Assembly: GCA_951406725.2 (NCBI GenBank)
Contig: OX597822.1
Location: 4,836,001 to 4,900,000 of the forward strand
Direction of reading: 5' to 3'
From: Octopus vulgaris
Lineage: Eukaryota
Length of the DNA: 64,000 bases
The notes beneath the pieces are model-generated. The model had not been told where the DNA came from, made no database searches, and worked only from the letters and a program-made list of their open reading frames with translations. This document shows positions 1 to 13,868 of the stretch, piece by piece. Position 1 is the stretch's first letter; every line of letters begins with the position of its first letter. The translations under genes and the position numbers were made by a program.

Positions 1-401
1 CTTCTGTGTGTTACTATTTTTCTGTGCTTTTTCTGTGTTAGTATTTTTACATATTTTTTTATTTCATATATTTTTGAGACTCATTGACTCAGATAGCTGG
101 ATTTATGATTTCCCTAGGGGAATTCTGTTCATAAATATTTAAATTAGGAGTATTTCTTAAACTGTTAGCTGCACATTTGAACAGCTTAAATCAAATTTAG
201 CCCATGTAACAGGAACTGAGAGGGATATTGTGGAACATAATTTGACATTATTTTTGAATTCTGCATGCAAAAACGTATAGGATACAGGTATTCATTTCCT
301 TGAGACAAATTCTCTGTTGACCAGTGTTATTTTTAATGTAGTTTACAAATCCAAGCATGAAAACGTTACTCAACTTTGGAGTTTTGGAGACAGACACCCC
401 C

Positions 402-437
<36 letters not shown>

Positions 438-983
438 TGACTGCATAAATGCATATATAAACTTATATATGAATACATACATCTATGTATACATAATACT
501 GAAATGCACATTAAGTAAATACATGCAAACAAATATATTAATATAACAAATTTTAAAAAATAATAAAACCATACAATCAATGCAGCTACAAAAGAAACAG
601 TAAGATGATAGATGTTGATTTTATTAGGTATTTCTGTTTATTTAGAAACCTACAATGAACAGGTCAGATGCTAAACTCTAAATTTCACAGGGTGCAACCT
701 TAAAGTTGACACTGCTCCGCTAAACGTAAAAGATTTCTGTCTCACTATAGGCTAAAAATATACAGTTTTTTTTTATTTTTAAACCTCTGTAACGTTTTTC
801 TCCAAATTTTTTTTCCTCTGCAACATCATACCTTCAGAGCAATGAGACTGGAAGGCTACATTATTATAGCCAATTTTCAGATTTTTTTTACTGTCTTTTA
901 AAAAATGCATATTTTGTGAATGAAAAAACTAGATCCTTAGTTTTGGTCTCAGAGCTAAAGATAAATTTGCTCTTCATTTCAGT

Positions 984-1322
984 ATCTTTTACTTGTTTCA
1001 GTTTTCAGACTACTGCCATGCTGAAGCACTGCCTTGAAGAATGAATTGACTCTAGAACCTTTTTTTTTTTGAAACCAGGTACTTATTCTATTGGTCTCTT
1101 TTGCCAAGCCACTAAGTTACAAGGGTACAAAGGAGCCAACACCAGTTGTCAAGCGATGGTGAGGGACAGACACAAAGACACACACACACACACACATGAC
1201 AGGGTTCTTTGTTTCTATCCACTAAATCCATTCACAATGCTTTGATTAGCCTAAGGGTGGGACTGAACCCAGAACCATGTGGTTGGGAAGCAAACTTCTT
1301 ACTGCACAACAATGCTGGGACC
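984..1322 (-). mobile_element. tRNA-derived SINE, family A (CORE-like), decayed copy
   Basis: Reverse complement matches the copies at 7005-7413 and 46220-46617 (head GGTTCAGTCCCAC, tail CTGAAACAAGTAAAAGA). Confidence 0.75.
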
Positions 1323-1930
1323 TATACTCAATATTTTGCTGTACTGATTCAGAAATTGGTACTGAGCCTTCATTAAATTCATCAGTCTTGTTTATGCTTG
1401 ATTTTTCCCAAATATTTTGGGGCTAGATGGATCTTCTCAAGCACAGGTTCTCTCTAGTCTAGCATGGCATTTCAGACTTTTGTATATCCAGGCATACATT
1501 ATCCAATGTGCCCATTCTCCCTCCCCCCTAAATATGGTATAATATGATTTGGATTCTCTTCTATAATACAAAGCTTAACCCACTGAATGGCTTTGAGGTC
1601 AGGTGGTTTCACAGGAGATACTACACTCAATAGTTCAAGTTCTTATTACAGACGTTGTATTGGAACCTTATTCAAGGTACATACCTTTGCTTGGCTGTGT
1701 ACCTACTTGATAAATTCCATTCTTATTCGAGTAGTCAATGGCAAAGACATTCAATTCTAAAATCAATTGCTCTAACAACACAACGAAACAACAAAAACCA
1801 TAATACTCACATTAGCATCGACAAAATTGATGTGAAATACCCCGAAAGATGGGGATGGAAGCTTTCATTACTGAATGTCAATATGACCTGAGGTAAGGGC
1901 TGTAGACTCAATACAATTATCTAACCATAG

Positions 1931-1961
<31 letters not shown>

Positions 1962-2634
1962 TGCGCACACACACACACACACACGCACACACAGACACAC
2001 ACGCACACACAGACACACACGCACACACAGCTACAACAGAAAGAAAGTGAAAAAGAAAGCAATGCTTCTTACAATTTCTTCTATCAACTGACTACCATCT
2101 TACATATTCTTTATAGCTCCAAAGCTAGAATATAACCCGATCTAAGGCAGAAAGTATTATAGACAAATAATTGAGAACCGATCATAAGTGGATGATGGCA
2201 GATAAATGGAACCATCCAACTAAGTTTTTCTCCCCCAAATTACCTTATTCCAAGCAATATTTTGGTTTCCTTTACGATTTTTTTTTTCCCCACTTTTTCT
2301 TAGCATTTCTCATTATAAATCCCTAATGTGCTGTCAGACAGCTTAGAACATTACCTTTATGATTGCTCTTTCTATAGTAATGCCTTAATATCTGTGTGCA
2401 ACTTGAGATTATCCTTTAACACCTTTACAACATTATTTTTAGTTCTCTTCCCTTTGCCCCACCAACTGTACAACACACAAGAAAATTATGCAGCACTACC
2501 TTTTATAGTGAACTCATCAAAGTAAAATGTGATATTGCAATTGTAATAGGCATTGCATGTATATCATCAATAGTGAAATAAAATATCTGTTAATCTACCT
2601 ATCAAAATATTTAGCTATTCAGTTTTATACCAAA

Positions 2635-3035
2635 CTAGCAGTATCGCCCGGCGTTGCTCGGGTTTGTAAGGGAAATAACTATATAAGCATTTTTAGAGAG
2701 TTATAGCCAAAAGATAGAAAAAAAATGCATTAAAAATGGGAAAAAAATTATGGTAAATTTTTTTTTAAATAGTTGACCCATCGTAGACATTTTAGAGAGT
2801 TACGTCCCTTATATAATAGCGAAAGAAATGCATTAAAATGGAAAAAAATGATGGTAAATATTTTTTTAAATCGTAGACTCATCGTAGACGTGCGCTAATA
2901 CCCAGAAGGGCCCGATATGAAACACGACTATAAGATACCCGGTTTTGGTTAAACTGCACCGCAAAATGTGGGAGTAGTTAGGAATCTAAATCGTAGGAGA
3001 CAGACAGCACACAACCTCACTTTTATATATAAAGA
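2635..3035 (-). mobile_element. Non-autonomous Helitron (~400 bp)
   Basis: On the minus strand it starts TC(TTTATATATAAAAG) and ends CCCGAGCAACGCCGGG (hairpin) + CGATACTG + CTAG. It sits between A and T with no TSD, the canonical Helitron termini. Confidence 0.8.
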
Positions 3036-3683
3036 TTACTGAGGATTAATATCTGCTTAAGAAGAAATGGAAAGAAAATTACAAAGAACAAGCGAAAATA
3101 TTTTCAAATCTGGTTGGTGTTAGGCTTAATCAGTAGAGCATCAGAAAAAATATCTTGTAATACCTAGTTATGTCCCTTAACATTCTGTATTGAAATCTAC
3201 CTCAAGTCAGCCATTCTAAGGTTGATTGAATATGTACCAATCTAAGTACTGACTATATCCTTAAAAATGGTTCTTCTACATGACCACGGTCGAAAGACTG
3301 AAAACCAGTGAAAGAACAGTAAGAGAACAGGATATATACTAAGGAAAGTTTATGATTAGAATTGAAAGACACGTTTTCTTCCATGAGTCTTAGTGCAAAG
3401 TCTTAGCTTGCCAACATGTATCCTTACCAACATGGTGATGGTTTGGAGTGATGTTGGAAACTTACTCTGCATATAATTTTCAAGAAAATGTTCCATGTGA
3501 CTTGACAGTGAAACTAAAGCGATCCATCTAAACTAGACCTGGCCACTGCAGCAAAATCCTGTTTCAATAATGGTAGGCAGAATACAGTATACTACAGGTT
3601 AGCTTCCACAAAAAAACAAATGGCTGCTGACTAGCAGAAAGGTAGTTGCTGATAAAAATTAAAAAGTAGAAACCACAACTTAC

Positions 3684-3830
3684 CAATTTGGATAAGAAAG
3701 CTGTACGTTGTACTTCTTCAAATGAACGGCATTCATTCCAGGGACTTCAAACTTCCAGATTGATCGAACATATAGGATTAGTCTATTTGTGCCACCAACC
3801 CCAGATAGAAAGATCTTGCTGGTAATATCC
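3684..3830 (-). CDS. Candidate internal coding exon of an unidentified host gene (147 nt, phase 2-2)
   Basis: Acceptor ttttctcttcag|G and donor TTG|gtaagt. Length is a multiple of 3 and only one frame is open (DITSKIFLSGVGGTNRLILYVRSIWKFEVPGMNAVHLKKYNVQLSYPN). Non-repetitive; no homology recognised. Confidence 0.4.
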
Positions 3831-4077
3831 CTGAAGAGAAAAATAAACATACAAATATAAATGAATGTATACAAATGCATGCGTGTGTTTAATGTGTAGA
3901 TATAAGAGATATTTTTTGTCACAGTTTCATACAAGTTGAAAATATAGAATTGGTTAAGATTCCGTGTGTGTGTGTGCATGTGCACATGTATGCTGTTGGC
4001 AATTAGTTGGAACGGTGTATATGCTGAGTTCGAAAGAAAGTCAAGACTGAAATTCAAGGCTCAGTCATTTATCACTG

Positions 4078-4124
<47 letters not shown>

Positions 4125-4783
4125 CAATAAATAAATGTATGCATTTATCATTTGTAAATGCAGATGCTCTTACACACATATTTTAAAATATAATAAAAAT
4201 AAGAGGAGAAACTGCCATTTCACCAAAATTTTTTTTTTTTCCTATTTCATTTGATGAAAATTCAAAGAACTAAAATAATGGCTACTTGCTGCAGTCTAGT
4301 TTAGTGCAAATTGCTTGAAGTTCAAAGAAAATTTTACTTTCAAAAATCTATGCTAAGTTTTTTGGCACATGAGTAGGTTTTCTTTTAGGTAATAAACACT
4401 CTTTTCTATTTTCTCTTTTCTTTTTCTTTTTCTCCAGTAAACTTGGAGTAATTTTGCTTCATCTTCTAGCCTCTTGGGAATGGGAAGCTTACGAGAAAAG
4501 ATAAGCCTAAACTAGTAAGCAGAGAGATTTAATTATACTGAGATGAAAATTCAAAACTGTATTACGTAATGGTTTCAAATCAGAAAACACCAGTAATGCA
4601 GACATGAGAAGGATGATGAGGACTGAATAAAGAAGTGCTATAGACTGTTGGAAATTGATAGCTAATGGAAATGTGAGACGGGACAAACTTAGGATTGGTT
4701 AGATTAAATTAAATGAAATATGAAAAAATTGATGTATCATCTAATGAAGATAGTGATAATGAGAATAACACTAAGTTTTTCTT

Positions 4784-6354
4784 ATCATCATCATCATCAT
4801 CATCATTGTTTAATGTCTGTTTTCCATGCTGGCATGGATTGGACAGTTTGACTGAGGTCTGGAGAGCCAGTGGCTGCACCAGGCTTCAATCTGATCTGGC
4901 AAAGTTTCTACAGCTGGATGCTCTTCCTAATGACAACCACTCTGAGAGTGTAGAGAGCACTTTTTACATACCACCAGCACAGGAGCCAGTCAGGCAGGCC
5001 TGGTAACTATCACGTTCGGATGGTGCTTTTTACGTGCCACTGGCACAGGAGCCAGTCTAGGGGGTACTGGCATCGGCCACATTTGGTTGGTGCTTTTTAT
5101 GCGCCACAGGTATGGGAGCCAATCAGAAACACTGGCCCTGGCTATGATATTGGTTTTACTTGACTCAACAGGTCTTCTCAAGCATGTCATATCGCTCAAT
5201 GCATCAGGGGTATTCTTAGCAGGGCTGGACATGCGTGGCTGCGATCTTACTTTAGTTGCTGTCTTCTCAATCACAGCATATCTCCAAAGGTCCTGGTCTC
5301 TTGTCATTGCTTCTGTCAGGCCCAATATTCAAAGGTCATGCTTCTCCACCTCATCCCATGTCTTCCTGGGTCTACCTCTTCCACAGGTTCCTTCTACAGT
5401 TAGGGAGTGGTACTTTCTCACACAGCTGTCTGTCTTCATTCATATGTAACACATGACCATACCAGTGCAGTCACCTCTCTTGCACACCACATTTGATGCT
5501 TCCTATGCCCAACTTTTCTCTCAGGGCACTTTACACTCTGCTGTGTATGCACACTGACATTACACATTCAGCGGATCATACTAGCTTCATTTCTTTCAAG
5601 CCTACGCATGTCCTCAGCAGTCATGGCTCATGTTTCACTGCCATGTAGCATGGCAGTTCACACATGCGTCATACAGTCTACCTTTCATCATGAGTGAGAG
5701 GCTCTTAGTTTCCAGCAGAGGTGGGAGCTCCCTGAACTTTGCCCAGGCTATTCTTACTCTAGTCAATACACTCTCAGAGTAACTGCCCCCACTACAGACT
5801 TGGTCGCCTAGGTAGCAGAAGGTATTAACTACTTCTAGTTTCTCCCATTGTCATGAGATGGAATCTGTTTTCTGTACATCTTCAGTGTTTATTGCTCCAG
5901 TGCATCTGCCACACACAAAAACTATTTTCCCAGTTAACCTTCCTTTGATATTGCTGCACCTTTTATGTGTCCATAGGTTACATCAGGTATATCGTATGAA
6001 CTTGCTGTCCATGCCTTTTCTACATCTGCCTGAAGAGGGTTGTGATTTGACGGCCTTCCTACTTACTAAGGCTTTGGATTTTGCTAGTTTAAACCTAAGG
6101 CCCTTCAATTCTAGGCCTTGCTTCCACACCCTAAACTTCGTCCCCAGTTCTGGCAGTGACTCGGCTATTAGAGCAAGATCATCAGCATAGAGAAGCTCCC
6201 AGGAGCCGCCTGTCTTGAATTCCTCTGTTATTGCCAGGAGGGCTATAATGAATAAGAGAAGGCTGAGGACTGATCTTTGATGAACCCCTACTTCTACTTG
6301 GAATTCTTCACTATAATTGTTGCTAACCCTCACCTTACTGACAGCATCCCTGTA
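4784..6354 (-). mobile_element. 5'-truncated RTE-clade LINE (decayed RT C-terminal half, 3' UTR, (ATG)n tail)
   Basis: ORF 5983-6408 contains GVHQRSVLSLLLF and ELLYADDLALIAES (RT motifs). ORF 4990-5325 has the RTE-like C-terminus DQDLWRYAV. (CAT)n tail at 4784-4807. Confidence 0.85.
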
Positions 6355-6675
6355 ATGAAATCCGATTTCAGCTGAATGGGAGGGAAAGTAAGAAGTTGTG
6401 ATATTCATGATTTCATAAAGTAAATTGGTTACAAATGAGAATTAGTAATTGCATCACACAGTTGGTTTTATCACACAGTTGGTTTGCAGTAGACTTACTG
6501 CAACATGAAAGCATCCAGCATGAATATGTTAATAATGATATTACCATCAGCCTGGGCTATGGTAGAAGATGCTTGCCTAAGGTGCCACACAGTGGGACTG
6601 AGCCCCAAAACCTAAAATCATGTGGTTGGGAAGCAAGCGCCTTAACCACATAGCAATACTTTCATACACATGCAT

Positions 6676-6709
<34 letters not shown>

Positions 6710-7004
6710 TTATATATAACTGTATACTCACACAGAATATTTATTAATATTGGCTATTTTCTTTGAAGTTTTACCAATACTGGCTTTCCAAAACACTGCT
6801 AAGCTGAAAATTTCCTTCTATACAGTAGTAATATATGTAGCCAGTTGATATAGTAAGCAAAACCACAAAAGTGGTGTGGGCAGGAAGGAGAAGTCAGTGA
6901 TGTAGTGGGTTTGTATATTTTACACAGAATGAAAGGAAGCTTTTCCATTCATAGAAGATCAACAGTGAAATGATGGATTAATATGAAACATGAACCCTAA
7001 ATCT

Positions 7005-7159
7005 AGGAGTGGCTGTGTGGTAAGTAGCTTGTTTATCAACCACATGGTTCCGGGTTCAGTCCCACTGTGTGGCACCTTGGGCAAGTGTCTTCTACTATAA
7101 CCTCGAGCCGACCAAAGCCTTGTGAGTGGATTTGGTAGACGGAAACTGAAAGAAGCTCG

Positions 7160-7200
<41 letters not shown>

Positions 7201-7413
7201 TGTGTGTGTTTGTGTGTCAGTGTTTGCCTCCCTAGCATTGCTTGACAACCGATGCTGGTGTGTTTATGTCCCTGTTACTTAGTGGTTCGGCAAAAGAGAC
7301 TGATAGAATAAGTACTGGGCTTACAAAAGAATAAGTCCCGGGGTCGAGTTGCTCGACTAAAGGCGGTGCTCCAGCATGGCCGCAGTCAAATGACTGAAAC
7401 AAGTAAAAGGGTA
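7005..7413 (+). mobile_element. tRNA-derived SINE, family A, near full length
   Basis: A box TGGCTGTGTGG, B box GGTTCAGTCCC, CORE-like ACCTTGGGCAAGT, internal (TA)n/(TG)n; many copies in the window. Confidence 0.85.
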
Positions 7414-7535
7414 AAAGAGTATTCCAGAAAGATCTCAGCCATTTCTCCCAACAATAAGGATTCAATATCACAGTAGAACAGTGAAGAGAATGAGTGAACT
7501 TTTTAGATATAACATTGCATTTAGCTGATACCATA

Positions 7536-8200
7536 ATTAGTATTGAGTCTTTTATTCAGTGCAAAGAGTACATAACTGCACAAATATATAAAAAAAACAA
7601 GCAACATATTCTTTCATATTTTACTGGTTTCAATCATTAAACTGTGGTCATACTGGGGCACCACCTTGATGGGTTTAGCTGAACAAATTAACCCCAGCAT
7701 TTAGTATTTTTTTAAAAGTCTGATATATATTCTATTAGTCTCTTTTTGCCAAACTGCTAAGTTATAAGATATAAACAAGGTGCCAGGTGGTGGGACTGAT
7801 TCCAGAACCATGTGGTTGGAAATCAAACTTCTTACTACACAGCCATGCATTGTGTGTGTGTGTGTGTGTGTGTTTGTGTGCATCTATTTGACAGATTTGA
7901 TAATAATTTGTGGTGTTTGTTTCAGCTCTCTGCACTCTCAGTTCTGGTATTGGTTTGTTTATATCTTATAACTTAGCAGTTTGGCAAAAAGAGACTAATA
8001 GAATATATATCAGACTTTTAAAAAAAATACTAAATGCTGGGGTTAATTTGTTCAGCTAAACCCATCAAGGTGGTGCCCCAGTATGGCCACAGTTTAATGA
8101 TTGAAACAAGTAAAATATGAAAGAATATGTTGCTTGTTTTTTTTTTATATATTTGTGCAGTTATGTACACTTTGCACAGAATAAAGGACTCAATACTAAT
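7536..8200. repeat. Local inverted duplication; arms 7536-7778 and 7955-8200
   Basis: The ~243 bp arms are reverse complements with few mismatches and include ~85 bp of non-SINE flank as well as a SINE 3' half. Confidence 0.9.
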
Positions 8201-8407
8201 CCAGTTGGGGTCAACATTGCATTTCAGCCTTTCAAAGTTGATAAAAACATACCAAGTCCATCACCAGTCTAAGATAGCACATTGATGGAACTGCTACAAT
8301 GTCACACTGCATGCTTTGTAATACTTGTGCTGGATCTTTGTGTTCTGAGTTTCAAATCTCACCCTACTCTACTTGGGTGGTGGTCTTCCACTCAGTTTAG
8401 TACTCCC

Positions 8408-8711
8408 ACGCCATCCAACCAAAATGCAAGTATATGGGAAACTACCACCTGTGTCATCTCTTGTGAAAGGTAAGAGAGTCCAGTTTGCTGGACATTGTTG
8501 TAGAGCTGAAAAAGAGTTAATTTCTACTCTTCTCCTCTGGAAGCCATCTACTCGCGATACCAGAGGGCGCACACTCTCCTACCCTGATGTAATATCCAAG
8601 GATACAGGCATCCAGCAACAGGACCTCCGTAATGCCATGATGGACCGTGAAGTCTGGCGTAGCATGGTAAATTCCATTGTCTCGACCACGGTTGAACAAT
8701 GATGATGATGA
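8408..8711 (+). mobile_element. 5'-truncated LINE 3' end (RTE/RTE-X-like) with (TGA)n tail and 11 bp TSD
   Basis: Peptide RVQFAGHCCR...MMDREVWRSMV; (GAT)n tail; TSD TTAGTACTCCC at 8397-8407 and 8712-8722. Confidence 0.8.
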
Positions 8712-8867
8712 TTAGTACTCCCCATTTACACCTTAGGTGTCTTTAGTCGAGTTCACTCTGTTGCAAAAATGTGGGCTAGATTTCCTGTTTGAGGATACTT
8801 TTCTACCTCCTACTCACCAGCCTCAGAGGCCCTGAAATGGGTTACAGTATTGGTTAATCTTCTGACT

Positions 8868-8900
<33 letters not shown>

Positions 8901-11155
8901 ATCCTTGTGGGTTCAGTTGTATTTTACAGCTGAGAAAATTTTTCAGATGAGTAAATACTATCAAGTATGGGGCTGGTTGAAATTCAACTTTTTAAGAGCA
9001 AAACCAACCAGCCGCTCACTATGTATGGGATTCAGCCTTAGATATTTAATCATGTACCAGATTTGTTTGTGGAAAATAAGTAGTGAGAATATAAGCTAAG
9101 AATTTATAAAAGATAATCATGATGCAACATTAGCAATAATAGTAAAAAAAAAAAGAAGCCAAAAACAAAAAAACAAAAACAAAGAAGTTTAAGGTAAAAA
9201 CAAACTTAAAGCAAAAATAAACTTTTAAGATAAAGATATCTAGGTAGAGAAACCGCTTCAGAAAGTGTATCTCCAGGGAGTAGATGAAGAGGATATTGAT
9301 GCAGGCACTGCGGACTTGTGTTTGTGATATTTGTGGGAGGGAAGAAAGAAAGGAGATGAAATAATCAAGTAAAGAAGAAAAGATGAAAGGAAAAAGTTTA
9401 AAAGAGCTGATAGCCTATACATGGTTCAAAGACAAGTGATTGATAATGTGCTGCCTTTCATTAGACACTAAACATGTTTTACACCAGGGATATCATCTCT
9501 GTTTAATATATTTTACTTCAAACTAAATCGAAGATAATAGAAAATGGAATAAAAATGGAGTTATTTTGGATGTTAAACTTTATAACTTTTCATATCAGTG
9601 CTATAAAAAATAAACTGATACATAGCCAAAGAACTAAAAAAAGAAATTGATTTTCATTATACACATATGAGTGTACATTTGCATTCTATAAAAAATTGCT
9701 ATTTGTGAGTAAATCATAATTAAATTTATTATTTTCCTTTTTTACCCATTCATTTTGCTTTAGTTTCATGGGTGGAAAGGACATTTTGTTGCTGAAGTAA
9801 TCATTTTTATAGCTGGATGCTCTTCCTACAGCTAATATTTCAAACTACAAGTAAGGAATCTAGTAGTATTGTTCAGACAAACTGGAGCAAACAGTATTAT
9901 GTGCCTTAATATGCCAGGGGTGTAAACTAAGTATTATTAAATATTTTCTTTTTTTACTGAAATGGAAATGATCTTCGAGAAAACATCACACATTAAAAAT
10001 ATCTACACAGAACCATCGAAATGTTTGGCATTTGTAACCAACTTTCCAGTTGCATCCCTCAAGTGATTAGTGTATTTTATGCTGTCGACAATAATAATAG
10101 CATTCATAATCAAATCAAATTTTTTTCAGTGTTGCTGGTTATATTGATGCGGATTTTATTATTGGTAATAAATATAAAGAAAAAATATTAGGAGTCTATG
10201 AATTAATGTCTCAAAAAGAAAAGAAAAAGAAAGGGAACATTGCAAATGATATTGCAAACAAAAATAATGTTGATTAAGAAAATGTAAGGGATAATAAGGA
10301 AATGAAAATAAACCACCAGTTTTCATTGTTTCTATAAACTGCAGAAGTGAAAAGAAAATAAACTATATAAACATCTCAAATTGGAAACTAATGATAAAAG
10401 GACAATGAATGATAGAACTACTTTGGGTATCTGTGTTATATAAATTTGCTGCTGTTGAGTGCATGATCAATAACTAACAATTTATTGATTCAGATAAGTT
10501 TTAAATAACCCATGAAAAATATAAAGAGAGAGATGTGCAATCTTATTTTGAAATGTGGATCTATGACACTTAGCATCTGTAAGGGTTTCTTGGTTATTAT
10601 TAAAAATGGTAATATTAAAAATGTCATTAAAAGTGTTAATAATAATGCTTAGCAGTATTTTGTCCATCTTTATGTCCTGAGCTCAAATTTGACCGAGGAT
10701 GACTTTGCCTTTCATCCTATTGGAATTGATAAGATAACTGTGAATCAAGTACCGGGGCTAATGTAACTGTCTTACTCCTCCCTTCAAAAAGCACTGGCCT
10801 TGTGCTAAAATTTGAAACCATTACTAAAATGTTAAAACACTAAAACTGAAACTGAGAAATTTCTTACATTCTGGAGGAATGTAAACTGTTGGAGAAACTT
10901 TTAACAATTGTTGCATTGCCAAAGATTTATCTACATATGTATATTTAAAAAAAATTATAAGTGATGAAGTAGTACAAATGGTAAGCTTCATTGAATCAAA
11001 TCTGCTTATATGAAGATTATTTCATATTTTATGTGAAGAAATGTTTGTTTTGCCCAGAAACTTAAAGATTATTCTGAGGCAAAATATTTGTAAGGTTTTG
11101 TGAGATTCTTAAATTCAAATACTCCATAATAAAGGTTAATATCTATGGCAATTAA

Positions 11156-11375
11156 CCCTTTCATTACTGTATTTATTTTGAAATGCTCTGTGTTTCTTTC
11201 AGTTACTTTAGATATAACAAACAATTTAGTTAAATAATTTAGTTATCATTCAGCTAGTGTTAGGAACATAACTTGTGACTAAGGTTTGGTGGAAGATTTT
11301 AATTCCAAACTTATGAAAACAAGACATTTGTACTCAGAGCTAGGGCGAATTTCAGTTGGGTTGGTAACGAAAGGG
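11156..11375. mobile_element. piggyBac-type MITE
   Basis: TTAA on both sides; termini CCCTTTCATTAC ... GTAACGAAAGGG. Confidence 0.8.
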
Positions 11376-11610
11376 TTAACCCATTGCTGATGAAACTGGT
11401 ATATCATGGAGATAAAACTTTCTAAGTTAGATTAAATACAGCTTTTGCTACAATAAATATAATTGTTTTATAATATGAAAAAATTTCATGATTCAAGAAA
11501 AAGAAATTGAGAAATTTGGTGCTCTATAAAGCAAAAAAATAATTTTTTAATCAATGGAGGAGGGAAAAATAACCTTGGTTTTTGTAGTAATTCCAGAGAA
11601 ATGAGACTAA

Positions 11611-11815
11611 CACTTTAACATTTAAACCAGCCATCTGTCTATCTGTTTATATTCAAACTGATTAGATCTAGCTTCTCACATCTACCCTACAATGCCATTC
11701 TAAAAATAAAAACATCACCAAAATTTTGAAGCAGTGAGATAATGCATGATTAATTCAAGATAATGTGAATAAATAAGCATTACATTTGACAGAATAAAAT
11801 CTGAATGCTAAAGGG
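11611..11815. mobile_element. piggyBac-type MITE, second family
   Basis: Ends GCTAAAGGG-TTAA; the same family recurs at 41683-41901. Confidence 0.7.
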
Positions 11816-12234
11816 TTAAAGCAGTAGGCTCACAGTTGACATCTGTAGAATAATTCTGGGAGTAATAATTGGAGGAAATATTTAGTAGAACCAGGTGATT
11901 GGACACAGCAGTGATGAGGAAGAGAAAGATTAATGTTTTTGTAGAAGCTCTTGAAGAAGCATATAGAGAAAACAACCAGTGCCTATTGCATATTGGTAAA
12001 TGAAACCTCGACAATGAATGGTCCTGCAATGACAGATTTATTTTGTGTAATTGTTTCAGTTATTGGACAGCAGCCATGCAGTAGCATCACTTCAAAGTGT
12101 CCCAGTAGTTATTTTTTAATATTTTTAAACCTGGTGCTTATTCTATTGGTCTCTTCTGCTGACGTTAAGTCCTAAGTTACAGGCATGTAAACAAACCAGT
12201 ACTGGTTGTGAAGTGATGTTGAGGAACAAACATA

Positions 12235-13868
12235 CACTGGCCAAAAGAAGTTTAAGACCAATGATGACAGTTCTATTCCTTCATTAATATTTTTTTAACA
12301 AACCTGTATAAAATTATTTTACTTTTTACAGTTTATGTAAATATTTTTCCTTTTTTGAATAATGATATAGGCATTATATATCTTTCTACAATTCGAATAA
12401 TTTTAATGCGCAATTAATTCAAATGATTAGAAATTGTTGGCAAAATAAGCTTAAGACCATACGTAGATTATGCAAATTAATAAACCAAATGGGTGGTCAT
12501 ATTGTTGGTCGTACTGCACTGTTTTGTTTAATAATCGAGTATTTTTACACATTAATTCGCCGTGGGAAAGCATCGTAGCATCAACTGAGTTACGAGATCT
12601 GAGATGATGTTGCTTCGGCAGCAAAATGTGTCCTTCATGAACAATTAGGAAGCAATTAGGATGCAGCAAAACATGCTTGTGTTCAAGCATGGAACCTTTA
12701 CCAAGCCACTGGCCAATACAAAAATCGGCAAAGAACGGGCGCTCCAAGAAAAAAAAAAACAGTACAGATGGATCAGCAAATTCATAGGCTCTCTGAAGAT
12801 AATCGAATGCTAACAACAGTGGACATTTGCAAGCAATTATCTGATGAAACTGACATCAGCTTTACATCACAAACTGCCTGAAAGAATTTGGGCTGCGTGG
12901 TCGGATTGCCCGAAAGAAGCTGACCATTTCTGAGATGAACTGGCAGAAGTGGATCAAGTTTGTTAAAAGCCATATTGAATGGATGGCTGAAGACTGGTCA
13001 AAAGTTCTTTGGAGCGACAAATCCCACTTCTGCATCTTTGGATCAGATGGAAAGACTTATGTTAGATGCCATCCAGCTGAAGAATTCCATCCTAAGTATG
13101 CCAAGAAAACGGTGCAAGCAGGACATGTGTGTGTGTGTGTGTGTGTGAGTACTGGTGTGGGCCGCATTCAGCAGCTCAGGTGTTGGTCCAATTGTTAAAG
13201 TTGATGGCAGACTGAACAGTGTAGGCTATCTGCAATTAGTAATTGAAAATGAGCTGGCATATTTAAATAATCTATTTTCCAGCATGACAATTGCCCCATT
13301 CATAAGGCTGGGAAAGATTTTCCATGTTTTGAGCACAATAATATGGTGGTTATTAAGTGGCCTCTAAAGAGCCCAGATTTGAATCAAATAGAAAATATGT
13401 GAAATTATGTTTCTAAAAGAATTCATGCTAAAAGACTCAGTAAATTTGTCTCAATTACTTAATTTTATTGAAGAAATATGGCAGAACATTCCAAGTGATT
13501 TTTGTGCTCATTTGTTGAATTCCATGTCCTGTTGTTGTAAGGCCATAATTCAAAATAATGGCTATGGAACTAGATACTAATAATAAATTTTTATTCGTTG
13601 ATCATTTGTACCATAAATTTTCAATCTAAGCAAAATAATGTTGGTACTTTCTAAAACTTATTTTGCCAACAATTTTTAATCATTTGAATTAATTGCGCAT
13701 TAAAATTATTCAAATTATAGAAAGATATATAATACCTATATCATTCGAAAGAGAAAAAAATTCTACATAAACTGTAAAAAGTAAAATAATTTTATACAGT
13801 ATTGTTAAAAATAAACTAATGAAGGAATAGAAATGTCATCATTGGTCTTAAACTTCTTTTGACCAGTG
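12235..13868 (+). mobile_element. Full-length decayed Tc1-family transposon with ~215 bp TIRs, nested in a SINE
   Basis: TA-CACTGGCCAAAAGAAG...CTTCTTTTGACCAGTG-TA; TIRs ~12235-12449 and ~13657-13868. Transposase motifs WSKVLWSDKSHF, FQHDNCPIH and WPLKSPDLNQIEN, with stops and frameshifts. Confidence 0.92.
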
